Shown piece after piece: positions 59,209-64,000 of a stretch of 64,000 bases of DNA; within the stretch, counting starts at the first letter, position 1, and every line of letters starts with the position of its first letter. The DNA is from a virus: the IMG/VR virus record IMGVR_UViG_3300034102_002416; one strand, given 5' to 3'. Under the pieces are notes generated by a model. The model saw only the letters and a list, made by a program, of their open reading frames with translations, was not told the DNA's origin and did not search any database. Position numbers and translations under genes: made by a program.

Positions 59209-61041
59209 TTATAAAATGTTATTTTCATCTAGTATAGTTCCAGAATCTTCATCTTGTTTATTATTAGAATTTAATGTCTCAGTTATAATAGATACACTAT
59301 TTCCTTTTACAGACTGTAATTTTTTTACAAAACTTTCAACGGCAATTGTAGAACTATTCCGGAAATTTGGATCTGGCTGAAATGCTGTTTTTTGATTTTC
59401 AGGATCAAACGCTTGATCGATTTCTTTTTTACCAGTAACATCCCAACCAAACGCGTTTTTATGCTGACCTGATTTAATTCCTTCTTTTGGACGACCGCCT
59501 TTGTCTTTTTCTTCAACTTCATTAGATGACATATGAACCGTTGCTAGATCGTGTGGAGTTCCAAATGATACACCTGTTATTGCCGGATCATTACCTTCTT
59601 GTTCAATCTGATTTTGTCGGAATCTTAATTTAAGATCTTCAATAACATTGGTTCTTTCTTGTAACCATTGTTCTTCGGACATATTAAATATAAATTCGTA
59701 AATGTATTGATCTGATACTAATTTTGAATCTTTCATTGCGTTTGCTAATGTTATCTTTTCATTCATTAACGCAACTTTTTGTTGATCATAAATAATAGAT
59801 GGAGCTGTTAATTGTAATTCAAAACCGACTAAATCCTCTCCTTCAAATCCTTGAGCGTACAAATGCACAATTGCAATTTTAGTTAATTCAGAAATTACAA
59901 TTTTTTGTATTCGTTCAATAGTTCTAGCAAAACGAATATCCATTGATGCTAATGTAGATTTTCCTTCAACTGCTTCTGCATATCCTAAGAATGGTTTAGG
60001 TATTTTTAAAGCAGCCATCATTTTGTCTTTGATGTATTCAATATCATCCATTCCAGTAAATGTCATACCTGGTAATGTATCTATTTGCGTAGATGACTGT
60101 CCTCCTCGAACTGGTAAGTAATAATCTTCCAACATGTTATTAAGATTAAAACGTAAATTGTAATTACCTGTTTGTGGATCGATATGTGGAATTTTTTTCA
60201 TTTTATTGATAATTTGTTCCATGAAAGAATCAACTTCATTTGGTGGAATATTACCAATATCTATTTTGAAAATACGTTTTTCAGGTGCTCGCATAATACG
60301 ATGTATTAGCATAGCATCTTCCATCATCATTAATTTCTGAAACTCTTTACGAGCTCCTTCGAGCATAGATCTACCATATGGTAAAAAATTTGAATCGGAT
60401 AACATACGAAAATGTGCAATTTCAAACACATCATATTTCATTTGTTCCGATGCAATATTTTTAAATTTAATTTCATACTCACCAGTAGCTTCATTATATT
60501 CTTCCCAACGTTCCATTTCATAACTAGAAAATGGACGAGCATTGATAATTCCATACTCTTCAGCAATATCTAATTTTAAAAAGAAATCACCATATTTAGT
60601 TAAATTACGTATCCATGCCCATAAATTAAATTCAATGTTCAATACATCATAAAATAAATTATATAATATTTTTTGAATGTTCGATTTATTAGATTTAATT
60701 GTTAAAATTTCACCAAACTGATCGGCTAATGTAGATTCGTCAGAATAAATATCTAATGCTGAATGTATAATTGGATCTTTATCCATCATTTCATAATCAG
60801 CATAAAGTTGCATACGATTCTGATGCATATAATAGTTAGAATCATATCCACCCATTCCACCTACACGATGTTTATTAGCACCATGCAGTCTAGTATATCT
60901 GTCGGCTATTTTACTTTGACCTAAATTACCAGAGCTCTGTAATCTATTGGTATCTACAATTCGTAATTGGTCTTTACCATATGCACGGACAATTACATTA
61001 GTAGTAAATAGATTTTGTAAACGTTTTCTTAATGACGCCAT
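59209..61041 (-). CDS. portal protein (gp20-like)
   Basis: MEDAMLIHRIMRAPEKRIFKIDIGNIP, EDYYLPVRG, IDTLPG and ALKIP. Confidence 0.95.
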   Translation of the reverse strand: MASLRKRLQNLFTTNVIVRAYGKDQLRIVDTNRLQSSGNLGQSKIADRYTRLHGANKHRVGGMGGYDSNYYMHQNRMQLYADYEMMDKDPIIHSALDIYSDESTLADQFGEILTIKSNKSNIQKILYNLFYDVLNIEFNLWAWIRNLTKYGDFFLKLDIAEEYGIINARPFSSYEMERWEEYNEATGEYEIKFKNIASEQMKYDVFEIAHFRMLSDSNFLPYGRSMLEGARKEFQKLMMMEDAMLIHRIMRAPEKRIFKIDIGNIPPNEVDSFMEQIINKMKKIPHIDPQTGNYNLRFNLNNMLEDYYLPVRGGQSSTQIDTLPGMTFTGMDDIEYIKDKMMAALKIPKPFLGYAEAVEGKSTLASMDIRFARTIERIQKIVISELTKIAIVHLYAQGFEGEDLVGFELQLTAPSIIYDQQKVALMNEKITLANAMKDSKLVSDQYIYEFIFNMSEEQWLQERTNVIEDLKLRFRQNQIEQEGNDPAITGVSFGTPHDLATVHMSSNEVEEKDKGGRPKEGIKSGQHKNAFGWDVTGKKEIDQAFDPENQKTAFQPDPNFRNSSTIAVESFVKKLQSVKGNSVSIITETLNSNNKQDEDSGTILDENNIL

Positions 61042-61088
61042 ATTTTCTTTTTAATATAAATATAACTAGTTTTAGATCTACTTGTTTT

Positions 61089-62669
61089 TTATCGAATAAG
61101 CCAAGTTAAATCTTGATCGCCATCGCCTGGATTCCAATTCCATCCACTATCTTTTTGAGATGTTTTACCGGTATAAATAACTGTATCAGTTTTTTGAAAT
61201 GATGATAAAGCTCGTTTATTTAAATCAATTCCTTGTTGACGTAGTTTTAGCGCGGTGTCTCGTAACCAAAGTGTGATAGCAAATGCCATAACTAAATCGT
61301 CATTATATCCTTGTTGTGATTGTGCTTTACCATTTAACCAAATAAACACTAATAGTTCTTGTATAAGCCTTTTACTACGAATAATAGGGGTTTTTTGACG
61401 CATATACATTTCTAAGGCAGATATCATTAATGGTCGTGTTCTGGATGTTGTAGACACACCTGGTACCATTTGTGTTTTATCTTTCATATCATAACCTTTA
61501 CGAAGTTGTACATCAGCATCAGTATATCCATCGTCTTTGTATGTATAATGTAAATTTTGATATCCTCGATCTAATGCTGGCTGTATTGCTGCCCAACCAA
61601 TATTTGCATTTTCTATTGCTAGCAATGCATTATTCCATTCCGTAGCTACAGTTACAAGCATATTACCAAATTCATTCGGTGGAATTTTACCTTTATATTC
61701 GGCAACTTGACGTACTGATTCTACATCAAATATTTGAAAAGTAGAAAAGTCAGCTCCATCGCCTCGCGCGACGTCAGCTACTACTATATAATCACGTGCG
61801 TAGTCTGGATATTCCCAAACCCAATAATTGCCATCAAACCCACGTTTTTCTATTGGATCTGAACAATTTGCATCATATTCTAATAATAATGGACCATCAA
61901 CAACAGTATGTCCCGAACTTACAAAGTCACAATCACATTCTTGTGCAGCTCCCCGTTCACCTAAAAGCTGTGTTTGTTCATTACGCCATTGCTGATCTCG
62001 TTCTGGATGCACTGTCCAATGCAGTTTAATTGTGTGAAAGCCATTAATATCAGCTTCAGCATCTGCCCATGTTTGATGAAACCAGTTACCAACGCCATTG
62101 GGTGTAGATAATACAATAGCACCACCACCCGTTGATAGAGTTGCTTGTGATGCTATCCATATTTCTTCAATGTTTCTAATAAAAGCAGCCTCATCCACAA
62201 TTAATAATGATAATGCTTCTGATCGAGCTCCGGTGGTTGCTGATGATACTGCTTTAATCTGCGAACCATTTTTAAATTTTAAAGACAATTTATTGTCTGC
62301 TTCAACTGTACCTTTAAGCCAACTTGGTAAATTGTCATGCATCACTCGCACTTTAGTTACTAAGTTTTTTGCTACTTCTTGCGTAGTGGCAATAACAAGC
62401 ACATTGAAATCTTCTGCAAATAACATGCTCCATAAAGCAAAGCCAGCTGATAATGTTGATATACCTAACTGCCGAGATTTTAAAATAACATTGTATCGAT
62501 TATCTCGCAATTCAGTTAATGAATCTTCCTGAAATGGAAACAGATTAAATTTAATCTTACCCCGTTTTGGATGTTGGATATAACAATAATTACGCATAAA
62601 GAATACAGGATCTTTAGCACACATCATGTACTGTTGCTGTATTATTTGCTTTATGTTAGGTTGCGACAT
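61089..62669 (-). CDS. terminase large subunit (gp17-like)
   Basis: KSRQLGIST, IVDEAAF, STPNG, DVARG and NDDLVMA. Confidence 0.96.
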   Translation of the reverse strand: MSQPNIKQIIQQQYMMCAKDPVFFMRNYCYIQHPKRGKIKFNLFPFQEDSLTELRDNRYNVILKSRQLGISTLSAGFALWSMLFAEDFNVLVIATTQEVAKNLVTKVRVMHDNLPSWLKGTVEADNKLSLKFKNGSQIKAVSSATTGARSEALSLLIVDEAAFIRNIEEIWIASQATLSTGGGAIVLSTPNGVGNWFHQTWADAEADINGFHTIKLHWTVHPERDQQWRNEQTQLLGERGAAQECDCDFVSSGHTVVDGPLLLEYDANCSDPIEKRGFDGNYWVWEYPDYARDYIVVADVARGDGADFSTFQIFDVESVRQVAEYKGKIPPNEFGNMLVTVATEWNNALLAIENANIGWAAIQPALDRGYQNLHYTYKDDGYTDADVQLRKGYDMKDKTQMVPGVSTTSRTRPLMISALEMYMRQKTPIIRSKRLIQELLVFIWLNGKAQSQQGYNDDLVMAFAITLWLRDTALKLRQQGIDLNKRALSSFQKTDTVIYTGKTSQKDSGWNWNPGDGDQDLTWLIR

Positions 62670-63050
62670 TTATTTTAAATATTGATTGATAATTACGCCA
62701 GTAAATAACGTAGTTAAAATACCACTACCAAACCAAATTGCTTTATTATCAAACCATTTTGGCTGTAAACGCTTTTCTCGTTCAACATATAAATTTATAT
62801 TTTTCTGTAATAAATCTATTTGTTGTGTTTTATATGATAATTGTATTGAATCTAATTCAATTAATTTACTTTGTTTATCAATTAAAAATTCTTGTTCTAT
62901 TATGATATTATCATTTATATCAATAACTTTGTAAAGTGAATCGAGTGTAAATGAAATATCTAATATTTCTTGTTCCGTAAAACAAGTATCATCAACTTCT
63001 TGTGCAAAGCAAGAAATGGGAAATATTAATAATAATAATAAACGTTTCAT
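62670..63050 (-). CDS. secreted coiled-coil protein with C-terminal TM (spanin-like candidate)
   Basis: Signal peptide MKRLLLLLIFPISCFA|Q; C-terminal hydrophobic helix. Confidence 0.5.
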   Translation of the reverse strand: MKRLLLLLIFPISCFAQEVDDTCFTEQEILDISFTLDSLYKVIDINDNIIIEQEFLIDKQSKLIELDSIQLSYKTQQIDLLQKNINLYVEREKRLQPKWFDNKAIWFGSGILTTLFTGVIINQYLK

Positions 63051-63052
63051 AA

Positions 63053-63409
63053 CTATTTCTTTTTAGGTTTACGACCTCTGCGTGTTTTATTTAAAATATT
63101 TTCTTTTGCAGCTTGTACCGTTTTAGCTTCTTCTACAACAATATTTTCTTTTTCATGTTTTAACTCTTCAATTGTCTGTTCATGTTGTTCAATTTCTGTT
63201 TTAACAGATTCTCGTTGTTCTTCTATAACATCAACTTTACCTTGCAATTGATTAACTTGTTGCGTGTTGTCATCAATTTGTTTTTTTAGTTTATCCGATT
63301 TTTTATCAGAATTTCGACGCGATGTTACTGCAAATATTCCGATAATTGCAATAATTGCTCCTACTAGTATTGCCCAATATTTTTTAATCATTTTCATTTG
63401 TTTCTCCAT
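63053..63409 (-). CDS. N-terminal TM plus coiled-coil protein (i-spanin-like candidate)
   Basis: YWAILVGAIIAIIGIFAV followed by heptads. Confidence 0.5.
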   Translation of the reverse strand: MEKQMKMIKKYWAILVGAIIAIIGIFAVTSRRNSDKKSDKLKKQIDDNTQQVNQLQGKVDVIEEQRESVKTEIEQHEQTIEELKHEKENIVVEEAKTVQAAKENILNKTRRGRKPKKK

Positions 63410-64000
63410 TTAATTTTGTTAAAAAGTTTTCTTTAAATTTATCAAATTGTTTTTGTATTGTTTCTTCAAATTCCTCAGAAGTCATACGAGCTGACCATGA
63501 TTCTTTTTCGCCGGCCGAATTTGTTACGAATTCAGATGCTTGAGTATATGCTTGTTTTAACATAGCAACATCTCGTTCTGCAGAAGCTAACCAAGCTAAG
63601 GCATTTTCACGAATTTTTGTCTGTTCATATTCTGTATATTTGCCAGATTTTTTTAATTCATGTTCCATTTCAACCACACAATCAAAACACATTCCATGTA
63701 TTTTTTGCATTTTTTGATCTATGGGATGTTTACCTAAACATGTACATGTTTCTTTACGGCAATTAGGAAATGAACGAACTTCGTCTCGAACTTCTTGCAA
63801 TACATCACTGCTTTTTGTTTTTTTAATTCGAAACCCATCTCGTTGTTCGATTACATGGGTAATTCCGGTTGCAGAATCAGTTTCTTCCCAAACGTCTCCT
63901 ATTAAACGTTTTCGATTTTTTTCAGCAGTTTCATTTGCATCAGAAAATCCAATGGTCTTTTTTGTTTGAAACTTGTGATTACCTTCCAACATTTGTTGAA
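63384..64000 (-). CDS. hypothetical protein with Cys/His cluster (5' end beyond window)
   Basis: Frame is open to the window edge; CRKETCTC...HGMCFDC. Confidence 0.6.
   Translation of the reverse strand, partial: QQMLEGNHKFQTKKTIGFSDANETAEKNRKRLIGDVWEETDSATGITHVIEQRDGFRIKKTKSSDVLQEVRDEVRSFPNCRKETCTCLGKHPIDQKMQKIHGMCFDCVVEMEHELKKSGKYTEYEQTKIRENALAWLASAERDVAMLKQAYTQASEFVTNSAGEKESWSARMTSEEFEETIQKQFDKFKENFLTKLNGETNEND

Overview
AT-rich 64 kb segment of a large T4-like (myovirus) phage genome. Every credible gene is on the minus strand. Reading from the high-coordinate end, the window holds a head module (large terminase, portal, prohead protease, scaffold, major capsid protein) with a phage-encoded ribosomal protein bS21 inside it, then PhoH, neck and tail-terminator genes, SGS/TGS-rich fibre proteins and a Delta-60 repeat protein, then sheath, tube, chaperone, tape measure and baseplate genes. 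Next comes a replication block: a PolA-like protein, gp32-like SSB, UvsX/RecA, 5'-3' exonuclease, DnaB-type helicase, class II RNR, family B polymerase, clamp, clamp loader and dUTPase. Woven into that block is a 7-deazaguanine DNA-modification set (folE, queD, queE, dpdL-like, dpdA; no queC in the window), and a glycosyltransferase cluster closes the window. Promoter shape, the bS21 C-terminus and a Q-rule signal peptide point to a Bacteroidota (probably Flavobacteriales) host; this is inference. The most notable observations are: (1) late-promoter single-gene cassettes with shared flanks and a shared cleavable-looking N-terminal leader (LAENMRRFxTKNLxE) on unrelated payloads, a candidate capsid-cargo delivery system; (2) DpdA ends in the same AxFFxF tail as the replicative polymerase, is co-transcribed with the clamp, and is flanked by a glycosyltransferase and a cytidylyltransferase; (3) an [S/T]GS motif pervades virion proteins alongside late-expressed glycosyltransferases; (4) a shifty-stop frameshift in the tail chaperone; (5) a three-way-junction leader RNA. 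All calls come from motif reading and synteny; no database searches were run.
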